Shown here: positions 1-13,579 of the stretch, piece after piece
Layout: every line of letters begins with the position of its first letter
Position numbering within the stretch: position 1 is the stretch's first letter
Assembly (NCBI GenBank): GCA_964016885.1
Contig: OZ024740.1
Location: forward strand, 200,756,001-200,820,000
Reading direction: 5' to 3'
Origin: Eledone cirrhosa
Taxonomy: Eukaryota
Length of the DNA stretch: 64,000 bases
Translations under genes and position numbers: made by a program
The notes under the pieces: model-generated
Database searches by the model: none
What the model was told of the DNA's origin: nothing
Seen by the model: only the letters and a program-made list of their open reading frames with translations

Positions 1-8
1 TATATATA

Positions 9-56
<48 letters not shown>

Positions 57-61
<5 letters not shown>

Positions 62-453
62 CATACTTGGGAAGGGTCATATTTGTGTAATAATATTGCG
101 AGAATTAATAACAGATCACACTCACTGTTTGGTTGGTTTTCGCTTCTGTATCTTTTATATCAGTTAATTAAATTTATTCGGTCCTCAATGTTACCATTGA
201 CTGACCAACGGTCAAACATGCAGATATAATATAAACACAAATATATAGTCTAACAAATTTAGACTATATATATGTAGTCTAACAATGTTAGCCTATATTA
301 AATTAACTGATATAAAAGATACTGAAGCGAAAACCAACCAAACAGTGAGTGGGATCTGTTATTAATTCTGGCAATATTATTACACAAATATGACCCTCCC
401 CAAGTATAACAATATTTGTTTCGACACACGATTTCATATCAAAAACCTCGCAA

Positions 454-457
<4 letters not shown>
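57..457. mobile_element. Fold-back (inverted) pair of Penelope-like pseudo-LTR remnants between (TA)n tracts
   Basis: 57-175 is the reverse complement of 301-414. The same sequence (GCGAAAACCAACCAAACAGTGAGT...ATGACCCTCCCCAAGTATAACAATA) forms the 3' end of the PLE at 29560-29710. Confidence 0.8.
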
Positions 458-524
<67 letters not shown>

Positions 525-802
525 ATATACACATATGTATATACATATATATAAACATACATATTTATGCATATATATATATAATTAAGTTAAAGTGTAC
601 ATCTACATATGTATACGGAAGTACTAGTATGCATATAAATACACACATGTATACATGTGTAAATGTACCGAGTTTTTCACTAGACACTTTACAGTGAGTG
701 TCCAGCTAGTCTGTATGTAAACAAACAGACGAACCGGGTTTTAAAGTCATACGAGTTTTCAAGGAAACACACTTCCTCTATTCTCCAGAGAGCCAGACAG
801 GA

Positions 803-845
803 ATATTGGACTAGTTTCGATGTTATTACATCTCATCAGCAATAT
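803..845 (-). ncRNA. Minimal type I hammerhead ribozyme (PLE-type)
   Basis: Minus strand reads ATATTG-CTGATGA-GATGT(AATA)ACATC-GAAA-CTAG-TC-CAATAT: 6-bp stem I, 5-bp stem II, palindromic stem III, GUC cleavage triplet. Confidence 0.85.
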
Positions 846-997
846 ATACCCATCTTCCGGCTTCTCTGGAGAATTGTAAAAGCACATATCGTTATATGCT
901 TTTTCTATGAAAATCAGTAGTGGGCAGACTAATTTGCATAGAACGTGAGTCATTGTACGCACCGGTTCAGCGGAAATTTAATTTCGTTTCGTTATTT

Positions 998-1079
<82 letters not shown>

Positions 1080-1159
1080 GGTATATATTGAGTTAGGAAC
1101 TCAAAATAGTCTCTTACAACAAAATACCTCTATATGAGTCGTATATTATAATATAACAG

Positions 1160-1262
1160 AATTGTTTCTACTTTAGGCACAAGGCCAGCAATTACCCAGT
1201 ACATTACTGGTACTTTATTTTATCGACCCCGTAAGGATGAAAGGCAAAGCTAACCTCGGCGG
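1160..1262 (-). mobile_element. SINE family 1, 3' fragment
   Basis: Reverse complement of the 3' half of the SINE at 56921-57105 (GGGGTCGATAAAATAAAGTACCAG...GGCCTTGTGCCTAAAGTAGAAAC). Confidence 0.8.
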
Positions 1263-1290
1263 GATAAATATGCATTTATAAATATATATA

Positions 1291-1355
<65 letters not shown>

Positions 1356-2100
1356 AAAGAAAAACGAACATTATAATAGAATATAATGTTCATTTTTCTT
1401 TTATATATATATAAAATATATATATATATATATATTATATATATAATATATTATATATATATATATATATTTTATATATATGCACATATTTACACACACA
1501 CACATATATATATATATATATGTGTGTGTTTGTGTTTGTGTGTGTACATATTTATGCACATATATACGTGTGTGTGTGTGTAGAAGAGAGAGTGGGTGAC
1601 AGTAACAAGTGAAGCAATGATAGTGTCGATGTAGGAAAGACAGAGTCAAAGATAGATAGAGAGACGGGGTAGAGAGAGAGAGAGAAAGGAGAGGTGAGAG
1701 TATAGTAGATTAATTGGCAGAAAGACGTTGTAAAATCAATACAATGGAAGGTTGGGCGAGGGATTGTGTTCTTCAAACGTTGCAATTAAAGAGTTGTTGA
1801 TCCATGCCTTGTAGCCATACAGAATCGGCAATTAATTGAATTTCAGCTGATTTATTTCAAGCCCGAGCACATTTGTCTCATTAATAATCAAACGGAAATT
1901 ATCTCTTCCACAGATAAACTTTAGAAACGGTCAATTGAATTCTCTGATATTAAATGGCATTGCTATTATTTCTTCATAATCGCCTCTCTCACCCTTCTTA
2001 CTTAATATTCGTCGGCACCGATTACTCGGATTCGTGTTACTATTAGTTAAATATTATTTAATTACTTATATATTACAGGAGAATTTTAAAATAGGTATAT

Positions 2101-2460
2101 ATGGAATGGAACTCCGTTGGTTTCGACGATGAGGGTTTTAATTTTTTCTATCAAACAACCTTCTCGTGATATCTATGTCTATACTCAACTGGCTGGGTAT
2201 AGACATGTGTACCCTTAACGCAATTCAGAGAAAAAAAAATTGTGACGCAGTATGTTTCAAGATTGGCCCTTTAAATTACAGGTAAAATCCGTCCAAAAAT
2301 CTTCCATACAGTTTCCATAAAGACAATATTATTCACAAGGCTTCGATTGACACGAGTCTGTCACAAATTATACTTGCTTACTATAACATGCAGTGGAATC
2401 GAACCCGGAATATTAATAATTGCGAAGCAAACAACTTAACCATTGGACCATGCTGCGCAC
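2101..2460 (-). mobile_element. SINE family 2 (tRNA-like head), diverged copy
   Basis: Similar blocks recur at 12830-13180 and 49620-49960 (TGGAACTCCGT..GTTTCGAC..., TTAAATTACAGG, TGCGAAGC..CTTAACCAT). The minus strand has a B-box-like GGGTTCGATTCC. Confidence 0.55.
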
Positions 2461-3124
2461 ACGGTCGATCGTGTAGATATGTATGCCCGAATGATTGAAA
2501 ACCTCGCTGCCCTATCATTATTTTCCGATTTCAATCCTCCTATGTGATATTCTGGGAAAGCAGTATTTACCATAGACTCAAAACACTGATCGATGACAGC
2601 GACGGAGGTCCATTCCGTCTACTTCATCACGGCCTCTAGCTTAATAGTTAAGATTTTTGTCTCACGATCATGTGTGTATGTGTAATTGTGTGAATGTGTG
2701 TCTATGTGTGTGATCATATGTGTATGTGTCAGTGCCTGTCTGTGTACGTGAGTCTGTCTCTATTCTCTCTGTGTATATTGATGCGATGTTTATGTTCCTA
2801 ACCTGACATGTCTCAATAGCTGAATTTAGAGATTTAAATATTGTTAAACGAGATGGTAATGTACCTCTTTGGGTTTTCAAACCTTACCACCAGCACTGCA
2901 ATTGCTGAGTAATATAATATGACTTTCTGCAAGATATCTTGAGCCGCATCTCTATGATTGTTGGTATTTATAGACGCAAGCATCGGTTAAGGAGTTCACT
3001 CGGGTTGATTAATACCTTGAGGGTGAATGTTTTGGCAGATGGAGATTATGTGGAAAGACGTCATATATATATTTATATAGAAGTAGTTCCACAACAGTTA
3101 GTTCCCCTTACCGAGAACAAATGC

Positions 3125-3171
<47 letters not shown>

Positions 3172-3184
3172 GTATATGTATATG

Positions 3185-3219
<35 letters not shown>

Positions 3220-3263
3220 GTGTATATGTATGTATGTATGTATGTATGTGTGTATGTATGTAT

Positions 3264-3985
3264 AGTCACACTCGTTCAGCGTATCGGTAGGGTTTCTCCT
3301 ACATGGATATAAAGTCGTGGCCGTACACGAAAACGAGTTGGCAGCCACCATATATATATATGTATGTATATATATTATGTCAGGTCACTACTTGGTGCTA
3401 CTGGTAACGTGTCCCAGTACAACCTGTCTCATGGTCGGGTCGTTGGCGACTAAACTGGCAACCCCACCAAGGTTTCTTGGTGAGGAGGGTGACTTTGGAC
3501 ATCCTGCAGGACTAAAAACAAAACCTGTCAAAGGGAAAAGGAGCTCTTAAGAGTCAATGGCCATCCAAAATCACCGGGAGAGATGACCCCTTAGCCTTTG
3601 TCAAGGCAGAATTCTAGGAGAAGGAAAACTCTGATATAACACCTGCAACCCTGATGGTATCCAATGATGTTGACTTGTTCTTCTTTTTGGTAAATATCGT
3701 CTTGGTTAAGAGAGTGGGACTGGCTTTGTGCAGTGCCTTTGCTCACTATAAAAGCTTCACGGCACAGGCATTGCCTTATATCTGGAGATCTCTCTGCACT
3801 TGTCGTCACATGGTACCATGGGCCCAGCACTATGTGTCAATAATTGTCACAAGTGTAGTGTTTGTACCAGAGTTTTCAAGTCGCTGGCTGGACTAAAAAG
3901 TCACACTCGTTCAGCGCATCGGTAGGGGTTCTCCTACATGGATATAAAGTAGTGGCCGTACTCAAAAACAAGTTGGCAGCCACCG
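3264..3985. repeat. Two ~85-bp direct repeats (3264-3349, 3898-3984) enclosing a retroelement-like segment
   Basis: AGTCACACTCGTTCAGCG.ATCGGTAGGG...GTTGGCAGCCACC occurs twice. The internal CTAGGAGAAGGAAAACTCTGA resembles RTE 5' regions (recognised from memory). Confidence 0.6.
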
Positions 3986-4199
3986 TGTATGTATAGTATA
4001 TTTGGTCATATACCGTATGTTTAATTAAAAACATTTTGAAGAACTTGCGCTATCAATTTAAAGTAGTGACTATGTCACTTACTTCTTTTTTCGGCAAAGG
4101 AAGGGAGAGAAGCTGACAGATTCTGTTTCACATTATTGGTGTTCCTCAGAGCAACGTACTCCCCGACCTCTGCTATATATATATTATATATATATATAT

Positions 4200-4372
4200 A
4201 AAAGAAAAATAAGCTTCTGTCTGATAGGGCTCTAGGCTTGAAAAATACTTGATTCATAATCATATTAACGCTAGCGCTGAATTTTTAAGTATGGTATTTT
4301 ATCGCTCCCTCTTTGTTGAACTGCTATGATACGGGACGTAATCACAAACACACGCACATTTATTATAATATA

Positions 4373-4435
<63 letters not shown>

Positions 4436-4945
4436 GTATATAGATACATGCACACAAACACACATATATATATGTGTGTGTGTGTGTGTATCCCGAGTTC
4501 AATCGGGGGTAACCACAGTAAGTAAGGTACTCAATACACAGTAGAGTATATACAAGACTTAGCTTCTACAGAACTAGAACTATTTCATTCCCAGGTGATT
4601 CCTTCGAATGAAACAGTTCTAATCCTGTAGGAGCCATTTCTATATTAAATCTTGTATATACTCTACTGTGTATTGAGTACTGTAGTTACCCCTGATTGAA
4701 CTCCACACACAGACGTGTGTGTGTGTTTGTGTGCATGTATCTATATACATACTCATATATATATATATATACTATACAATAATAAATGTACGTGTGTTTG
4801 TGACTATGTCCCGTATCATAGCAGTTCGAGAATGAGAGACCGATGAATACCATACTTAAAAATTCGGCGCTAGCGTTGATATGATTATGAATGGAGTGTT
4901 TTTCAAGCCTAGAGGCCTATCAGACAGAACCTTATTCTTCTTTTA
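4200..4945. repeat. Long fold-back repeat, probable PLE pseudo-LTR inversion
   Basis: 4200-4590 and 4605-4945 are inverted copies (e.g. CTGTCTGATAGGGCTCTAGGCTTGAAAAA vs TTTTTCAAGCCTAGAGGCCTATCAGACAG), with microsatellites inside both arms. Confidence 0.75.
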
Positions 4946-5429
4946 TCTGTCACTCAGAATACCAGGCTTATCCTTGGACGTGACACCAATCTATTATAGA
5001 ATGAACCTTCAGGTGCCGCTGTCCATTTCAGCCAACTACCTTGGAGTGACGCAAATAAAGTGCTGTTTTTAAGGACACGGTATGGAAGATCGAACCCATG
5101 ATCTTAGAATTCTGAGAACAATATCGGCAATACGACAGTAAAAGATAAACTTAAAATATAATGAAACATTCTGTCGGCGAAACATTACAATAATAAAAGG
5201 AGATAGGATTTGAAACAATGACAATTTTGCTTCGGGCAAAGTTCATTTAATTATCTACCAGCGCAATCACGAAAATTAAACAAATTGGAGGATTCAGTTC
5301 GCTAATTTCAATTACGGCTTGAATAGATCTGAGGCTTTAGTAAATAAAATTTGCATATGGAGCCACAAGATGTAATTCAAAGAGGCTACCTTTTCATACA
5401 TTACGTCGTACCGAGTCTCCCTAAGATTA

Positions 5430-5690
5430 ATGGTTTCTGATATAGCCACAAGGCCATTAATATTTTCGGATTATTAATCGATTAAACCGACCCCAGTGCA
5501 TTACTGGTACTTTAATGAAAGGCAAAGCTCACCTCGGTGGGATTTGAAATCTCCCTAAGAATAAGGGTTTCTGATTTAGGCATAAGACCAACAATTTTTG
5601 GGGGAAGGGAAAGTCAATTATTGGTACTTTATTTTATCGACCCCGTAAGAATGAAAGGCAAAGCTCACCTCGGTGGAATTTGAAATCTCT
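5430..5690 (-). mobile_element. Two tandem SINE family 1 3' fragments
   Basis: GGTACTTT...ATGAAAGGCAAAGCTCACCTCGGTGG..TTTGAAATCTC occurs twice and matches family 1. Confidence 0.7.
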
Positions 5691-5995
5691 CTAAGAATAA
5701 TGCTAACGATACACGTGTCTGTGGAATGCTCAACCATTTGCATATTAATTTCACAAGGGTGATTGAACAACTGAAGGACTAACCGTCGAAACCGATGGAT
5801 GTCCATTTATGATAATATATTCTCAAATATTTATTGACTCTCAGATAGACACTGTAATATCATTGCTATAAATATCTTCTTTTGTTTGTAAAGTATACAA
5901 AAAAAAAGAAGCATTTCCATCAGACTCGAAGACATTAATAAACAAGAGGAAATGTAAATTTATTGCTGTTGAAAGCTGTAATGAGAAAGTACGCA

Positions 5996-6068
<73 letters not shown>

Positions 6069-6137
6069 AGTATATATATACATATATATATATATATAAT
6101 AAGTATATATATACATATATATATATATATATAATAA

Positions 6138-6178
<41 letters not shown>

Positions 6179-6337
6179 AACGTTTCGACGGCTAATTCTG
6201 GACGCAGAATTAGCCGTCGAAACGGCTTGAGCTCAGCCGTCGGGGTCCTACTCGTTCCTATTACCCACTCTACTACCCTAAGTATTGAGTACTTTGGTGC
6301 GTTATGGTCCACCTGGTTCCTTACCACATTTCCTTCG

Positions 6338-6379
<42 letters not shown>

Positions 6380-6419
6380 ACAGGAGGCTGAACTGGTGTA
6401 AGTACTTGAAAGGTTTATT

Positions 6420-6477
6420 ATACTATGATCATTTCAATGACCGGGTTCCATATGAATCCGGTGATATCATCAGGTAT
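6420..6477 (-). ncRNA. Minimal type I hammerhead ribozyme
   Basis: Minus strand reads ATAC-CTGATGA-...ACCGGATTC(ATATG)GAACCCGGT...-GAAA-TGATCA-TA-GTAT: palindromic stem III, AUA triplet. Confidence 0.75.
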
Positions 6478-6963
6478 TGGAATATAACAAAGGAATATGT
6501 AAAAAACCATGGGTCCGAAAAATCAGAGACAGAGACAAAGAGGACGACTGACCAACTAGCTGCCTTTACCTCGGCCTGTCGCCCTCAAAGTGGATTGGAA
6601 CGTTAAACTTATGTTGCGAGTTATAGGATGAAATTTAATTAAATTAAAAATATTAAATTGCAAAATGATAAATTGAAAAATAAATTATTAGAAAATTAAA
6701 GGTTAAGGTAGCGAGATTTATATAATGAACTTACGGAGAAAGTCTTCTATGAAAAAATTTATCTCGATAAGATATTAAGATGGGATATAGAGTAAAGATT
6801 TCGATTGCGCGTCCCAGCCAACACCCCCTACCAAGAGTCAGCCAGTCTCGAGTGGTATCGTCCAGCGAAAGAAATGGAAATTAATTTTTCAGAGTACTCT
6901 AGTACCTTAGGCCCCGGGAGCGCTAGCGGGGACTCCACAATTTCGACAGGCCATCGTCTATAC

Positions 6964-7605
6964 CAAAGGTTCTCAACGGGGAGCATATGCATCCCCGGGG
7001 GGCGTTTCGGAACTCCAGGGGGGCGTTTTGGAGCAAGGTCGCGTTAGGCGGGCGCTGGAAGGCTCTTTATTTTGGTAAGCCATATATGTTTGTCTTTGAG
7101 ACAGCCAGTGTGAATGCATTTGAATGAGCTTGCAGACAGCATAACTGACTGCAGCTGTGAGCAGGTGTGCAGGCATGTCCGGTAATTGAGACGTTAACCG
7201 GTAATTGAGATCCTAAAAATCCACAGTCAACTGGGTCAAAGACACTTTGAGCGCAGCCAGTTAGGATCTTATCTTTCCTTAACCGATAACAATGTATTTC
7301 ATGTCTGAAATTATTGACTCAACCGCAACGAGTTAACACTATGTAGATCTATTTTATTCCCTATTGTATAAATAATATTACAAATAAAAAAAAGAAAAGA
7401 AAATACAGAAGCAAGTAGCACACACATCTAGGACCACATACAACACATAATTGGAACACATCTTTAGAATATTGTTAATCAATTTCTTTAATAATCTACT
7501 GATATAAAAATCAGTAGTATATGGAAAAATAGGGTGGTATGGTGGGGGGCGTTTCGTGATTTCGAGGGATAAAGGGGGGCGTTTGGCCTAAATGGGTTGA
7601 GAATA
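6964..7605. mobile_element. hAT(Charlie)-like non-autonomous element / MITE
   Basis: Left end CAAAGGTTCTCAAC, right end GTTGAGAA (decayed). GGGGGCGTTT subterminal repeats occur at both ends. The left flank GTCTATAC resembles the Charlie target consensus. Confidence 0.55.
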
Positions 7606-8207
7606 TTATTAAATCACACATGAGGGGTTTATTTACGTGACAGTAGAGGCATGATACAGCTAATAGTTATGCCTAAACCTGGAGTTTATAGGTATAAGTA
7701 TAATATGGCGGCCAAAACAGGGGCGCGGTGGTACCGGGGCAAAGCAATCCGCTCCGAGTAATTTCGTTTACCGAAAGAGGAGAAATTTATTTTTCCGAGC
7801 ACTCAAGGAAGGCTGAACTTTCCGAGTGCCCAGCGCGCAGCCGGGAAAAGCCACCACATAAGTCGAAGGTTGCAACCCAATGAAAAGTGCAAATAGACCA
7901 TAATTATTTTAAAGTCCCAGTTAGTCCGGGTTATAAGTAGTGTGGTTCCTAGGTGGGTAGGGGGCTATGAAAGGTGCATAATGACCTGAGTAAGGAAAGT
8001 TACAAAATAATAATAAAAGCAGGATACAAAGATAAAATACAAATATAAATATAGAATACATTGATAAAAATACATTAATAAAAAAACATTAATAAAAAAG
8101 TTAATAAAGGTAAATAACTAGGGATGTAGAAAGACGGAAGTATATAAGAACGTATCGGAGGAACGTGTAGGGGAAATACAATATAGATCAAGTTGTAGTA
8201 ACATAAT

Positions 8208-8284
8208 TGTTTCTACTTTTGGCACAAGGCCAGCAATTACCCAGTACATTACTGGTACTTTATTTTATCGACCCCGTAGGATGA
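8208..8284 (-). mobile_element. 5'-truncated SINE family 1 with 18-bp TSD
   Basis: AAGTTGTAGTAACATAAT occurs at 8190-8207 and 8285-8302. Confidence 0.85.
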
Positions 8285-9759
8285 AAGTTGTAGTAACATA
8301 ATACAGGCTGTACATATAGATATAGAGGATGGAAGAGATGGAATGGCAACAGGTTGTACCTAGTGTAAAGTTCGGGTCTCCGAATTCAGTGTGAGTTACA
8401 AAAAGTCCTGAGGTAAAGAGTAGAGAATTTAGTCAACACAATACATGTTTTAGTATAATACGTAGAGTTTTGTCGGAATCGGAATCATCCCGACAAGGAA
8501 GTAGTATCAGGTGGCGGTAGATAAAGCAGAGAGCAGCCAAAATCCGAATGGTAGGTAGATCAGTTAATCCCATGCTGGCAATAGCTGTACACTGAAGTCA
8601 GTGCCGCTGTTCAATATTACATTTTGAAGTGCTCAACATTATTGGAGCATTATTTCTTTAGGTTTGTTGGTTCACCACTGGATAGAAATGGTCATTCCGT
8701 ATGGTCAATCTTGGTGTAATATTGTGGAGAGTACTCAACGTAGTGCAGTTCACCCATTTTCGTTTGTGTAGTTGGTGGTGCGAATACGGAGTTAATTATA
8801 AATAAAATAAAATAACAGGAGGTTGGACTGGTGTAAATCTTTGAAAGGTTTATTATACTATGATTATTTCAATGACCGGGTTCCACTTTACACTTCGGGT
8901 GTTTGAAGATATGAACATGCGAAATACGTGTATTTCCCTGGTTGATTAAATGATATACATGTCTTCATTTCAGAGCCCAAATAAGTTCCAATATCCATTA
9001 AAAGAAATACATATATTTGGCAATGTGTAAATTTGTACATACATTGTGGACTTAGGTGACAATTTTTTATATATAATGACTCACTGAAACACATTGTGAT
9101 AAGTAAATCTACCTAACTTATAACTCCTTCTAGTATTTATTTTGTCAAACTTGTTAGTTTGGATATTTGGATATTTTTGAGTGTCTCTGATGACACATTT
9201 ATAAATCTTCTTCTAGAAACGTCAACATTATCTTAACTTAATCCCCCCCCCCCCCCCTGAATTCGTATCTATACAAAGACAGTTCAAGGTTTAACCATAG
9301 CTGCAAGAAATGCACATGTAAATATATATATTTATATACAGTCATACACAAACTCTACCCCAAATAAGTATGTGTGAATGAATTCACAAAAAGGCGTCGA
9401 CTTATCCATAGACCAATGGATATAGGAAACATATTTGATAGGATAATATAGATGTGTATCCGAATACATCTACCATTTTAACACAAAACCTTTACCCCAC
9501 AATATATTCACCATGAGAAATAAATGGAATAATTATATTGTGTTGTTTATTATGCAATTAAATAGGTCTGTACAATTCTTAGAACATATTCTTTCTTTTA
9601 CCGTTTCTACGGAAATACTTAATACATATATATATATATATATTGTTATACTTTGGGAGGATCATACTGCCAACAAATTCAAAAGCGAAATATATTTATA
9701 TATATATGTGCGTGTTCGTGTGCGTGTGTGTGTATGTGTGTACATATTATATATTTAAT

Positions 9760-10155
9760 TATATACTGTATATTTATTTAAAAACATTTTGAAGGACCTT
9801 TCCCTGTGTATTTTAGGTACCGACTACAGTCATATACCCAGCTTCAGCAAAAACAAAGGGGAATAACCGGCGCGTTTCTCGCTGTTTAGTGGTTATAAAG
9901 GTTATATACCCCTTTGTTTTTGTTGTGAGCTGTAGAAACTGGATTCTTATAGGATACCAATTATATTTATGAGCTGTTTAAACTCATTAGCATACAGTGC
10001 GGTTGCCGGCCCAGCAACAATTAGAAATTTATGTTGGCGCTCTGAAATAGTGATGTATATATGAATGTACGTATTGTATATGACTATAGTCGCTACCTTA
10101 AATTCATAGCGAAAGGTCTTCAAAATGTTTTAAAATAAACATAGTGTATATTATT
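9760..10155. repeat. Inverted-repeat element, related to 4000-4075
   Basis: AAAACATTTTGAAGGACCTTT...CGACTACAGTCATA vs TATGACTATAGTCG...AAAGGTCTTCAAAATGTTTT. Confidence 0.6.
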
Positions 10156-10216
10156 AAATATACAATATGTACATTCATATATATATATATATCGCTATTT
10201 CAGATCTCAAACACAA

Positions 10217-10304
<88 letters not shown>

Positions 10305-11616
10305 TTTCGTAATTCCTGATGGATTCGTAAGAGTGCCGTATAAAGCGAGTCTTCGGAAATTAAAACCTAGCGGAAATCCCCACCTCTCCAGGACTATAAA
10401 TATACATATATGTCTGTGTGTGAGAGTGTGTATATGCGTGCGTGTGTGTATAATGTCAAGAGTAGGCTTCAATACCTTAGGTAGCAAGCAACTGTGTTGA
10501 GAAATTTTTTATAATATATTTTGGCTCTTATTTATGTCTATATTTTATTAGGTGGTAAATTGGCAGAATAGTTCGGCATCTGTTCCTGTATTCTCTGCTG
10601 TGAGTTCAAGCCACGCCGTAGTCAACATTGTCTTTCACCTTTTCAGGGGCGTTACTTTAGCAGAATTGTTAGAGTCGGGTGTAATGATTGGTGGTATCTA
10701 ATCCTGTTCTGTGTATTCTGTCAGAATTTGCAGCGGGAGTATCCGCTGTGAAAAACAACAATGAAAACAGTTTTTTGGGGTCCAGTTTAACGAACTGTTT
10801 CTGTTTTGCTTAGGAGACATAGGTATTGATATATTTGCGGCGAAAAGATTCGTAAATTGGACACCGGATGACATAATCTGAAGAGCGCTGAGAAAAATGT
10901 CTTGTTATATTTGATTATGTCCTTCTACGTTTTGTGTTACAAATTTTGAGTGGTATTTTTTAAGCTAGGAACATAGTTTTCACAGTGATGCGTTACTTCT
11001 ATACAAAACTGTTATGAATATATTTGACATTTAATATTTGCAATATAGTAGCAAAGTTAAAAAAAGCAGAAAAATTGAATTTTTATTCATAAAAATAATT
11101 AATTCATCCCTCCAACCAAGTTATGTTTTCAAATTTTACATAGGATTGGGTTTGTCTAATTTTATTTTCATGCTGTAAAAATGTAATATTTACGTCAATA
11201 TGTTTCTTTTGCAAACATACACTGATCATAAACACGTGATTTTAGTAGTCAGAAGACAAATATAATGGGATTTACCACCGTTATTCAGGTGGAGATTCAA
11301 GGAGAACAGATCCATTATTAAAATTATATCCTATGATGTTGAACTTATAGAGGAATAATAAACTCAAATCTATTAATAAACTTACAAAGCCAATGTAATC
11401 TGATACCTTAATCTATATATTCATACAACTCTATAGAGCTACAGCGTTTATAGCAGTTTCGAAATGATATACGAATTTAATATACTTAGAATTTTAGTGA
11501 ATGAAAGGCGATTTTCAAATAAGGTTTATTACATATTGTTCAAAATTACATGCACGTGAAAACTAATATCCCTCGCGTCATATTGCTTTAACCCTATATT
11601 TATTTCCTTTGACCAG

Positions 11617-11706
11617 AGCAAAGAGCTCAAAGGTTTAGGTGAAAGTCTAGATGGGAGCATTATGAGATTTATGGGTCTTCAAAGAGCTTCACTGACAGAT
11701 ATTTGA
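11617..11706 (+). CDS. Possible terminal coding exon of an unidentified host gene (SKELKGLGESLDGSIMRFMGLQRASLTDI*)
   Basis: Pyrimidine tract plus CAG acceptor (TTTCCTTTGACCAG), then 29 open codons in non-repetitive DNA. No homology recognised. Confidence 0.15.
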   Translation, partial: SKELKGLGESLDGSIMRFMGLQRASLTDI

Positions 11707-12829
11707 ACAATATATACATTTAGTAGTTTAGCAAAAGGTTTCAGTTTTATAAAGGACAGCAAATATGATTGTATTTTAATTCTACACATATCCACAACTT
11801 GTTGAATATTCAAGAATTCTAAAAACTAAGGTATAATGATATATAAAGAGCAGTGAAATCAAAATCAATATATATATGTATACATGTATGTGTGTGTGTG
11901 CATGTATGTGTGCATGTGTGTGTGCCTGGGTGCGCTTTGCAGCGTTAATTTACGGTTCTTTGTGTTTGAGGTCAAATTTACCTGTCATCTCTCCAGGGTC
12001 GATGAAATAAAGTACCTTCGCAATTAAGGTTGATATGATCTTTCCCCCAAATTACTGCTTAAATTAAAATCCACTATTAACCCTGACATATATTTAGGCA
12101 TCTAAATCATATATATGAGCAATCTAGATAACACGTGAGGTCTAGTAACAAATGGATGTGTAGTTTATCATACTGGGGCTCTTTTTGTTGTTTGTTCTTT
12201 TTAGATTTTAAAGGGATAAGGCATATGTATATTTAAAAAACGTGAGTGGCCTTGTTATACAACGAATAATCTATTGAAGCTAGAGGTTCATCAGGACGGC
12301 GGCGTTTATCTTGGACAGATGTAAAAAGACGCTTCTTGGAAGGCTACTCTTGTACTAAAAACATGAATGCCACACTACCAGTAAACGCGAAAGCCTTCCA
12401 CTTTACTGATACACATAAAGAAAGCCAGATATAAAGGTCCTCTCACAAGGAATTGTAGTCAACCTAAAGCTATAAAGTGCCACACGGTTGCGAAGCAAAT
12501 TCCTTAGCCATACAGCCATGTCTGCCTCTTCCATTATCATTTTATTTTTTTGTCAATTTTTCTCTCCATTTTAAAGATCTTTTTTCCCAATTTTATTTGA
12601 AATTTCTTTTTGTATGGCCTCAGCGTTTTACTTGAAGGAACGGTTACAATTAATATCATTAACTGCGTCGCGCTATCTTTATATCTCTCCCTCTCCACCT
12701 CTCTTTCTCTCAAATTCAACAATGCTACTTCATAATCTTGAAATATATCCATTAACATCGATGACGTAATCAAAATGTATTATAAAACTAAGTGAGAAAG
12801 GTTGATAGTTACTCGAGTAAGCCATGAAT

Positions 12830-13180
12830 AATGGAATGAACTTCCGTCCGTTTCGACAATGTGTGTTCCTATTCTTCAATCAACGGAAAACACATCTTGT
12901 GAAATTAACGAACAAGTGATTTCACATTCCACATACACGTGTACGCATAACGTAATTCTCAAAGAGATTCAATATGACATAATAGGTGACAAAGTTGATC
13001 CTTTGAATTTCACAGGCATTCCATCCTACGGGCTTCGAAACCGTTTCTGTCTACCCAATTTCATTCATTAGGCATAGGTCAACCCGAAAATATGGTAAAC
13101 GACATTGCTGAAAAACCCACACAAGGGGTTTGAAACCGGGACCTAATTATTGTGAATTGAACATCTCAAACATAGGCTCA
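12830..13180 (-). mobile_element. SINE family 2, diverged copy
   Basis: Similar to 2101-2460 and 49620-49960. Confidence 0.55.
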
Positions 13181-13309
13181 GTATGCTTTGTGAACTGTAT
13201 GTTTAATTCAAATGCTAATCACCATCACATGTAAACATATTTACATATTATCAGTCAAAATAGCACCAAGAAGCATCAGCTGAAAAATAACCATGATTAT
13301 ATCATATAT

Positions 13310-13575
13310 ATACTTCATTTTTGTTTATGTTTTGCAAGATTTCTTATCTGAAAACGTGTGTTGAAACAGATATTGTTATACTTTCGAAGTGTCATGCTGT
13401 CAAAAAATCACACACATCTGTTGGCTTTCACTTCAATTCATTATAAATTTCTCAGTCAGTTAGTTGAATGACCGGGTGGTTGTTTAGTTGTTGATTGTCA
13501 AAGCTCTTTCATCACACAATCTGTGACCTCCTCAGTAAATACTTTTGTTGTTATTTGTGTCTCTCCTTTGTTCTG
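13310..13575 (-). mobile_element. PLE pseudo-LTR fragment related to the element at 29779-34347
   Basis: TTATCTGAAAACGTGTGTTGAAAC.GATATTGTTATAC...TTTCACTTCAATT is shared with 29810-29905. The fragment contains a hammerhead. Confidence 0.75.
13496..13540 (-). ncRNA. Hammerhead motif with degenerate stem I
   Basis: Minus strand reads CTGAGGA-G-GTCACA(GATTG)TGTGAT-GAAA-GAGCTT-TGAC; homologous to 34152-34194. Confidence 0.6.
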
Positions 13576-13579
13576 TCCT

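Larger units (their letters stand above)
6374..8886 (-). mobile_element. Heavily decayed Penelope-like element bounded by direct pseudo-LTR copies
   Basis: ~75-bp direct repeats at 6374-6450 and 8810-8886. The left copy carries a hammerhead. The interior shows faint Cys-linker/GIY-YIG-like traces on the minus strand and nested MITE and SINE insertions. Confidence 0.55.

Noticed and set aside
9180-9228. CTGATGA...GAAACGTC hammerhead-like core
   Set aside because: Stems I and II do not pair convincingly; at best a decayed copy.
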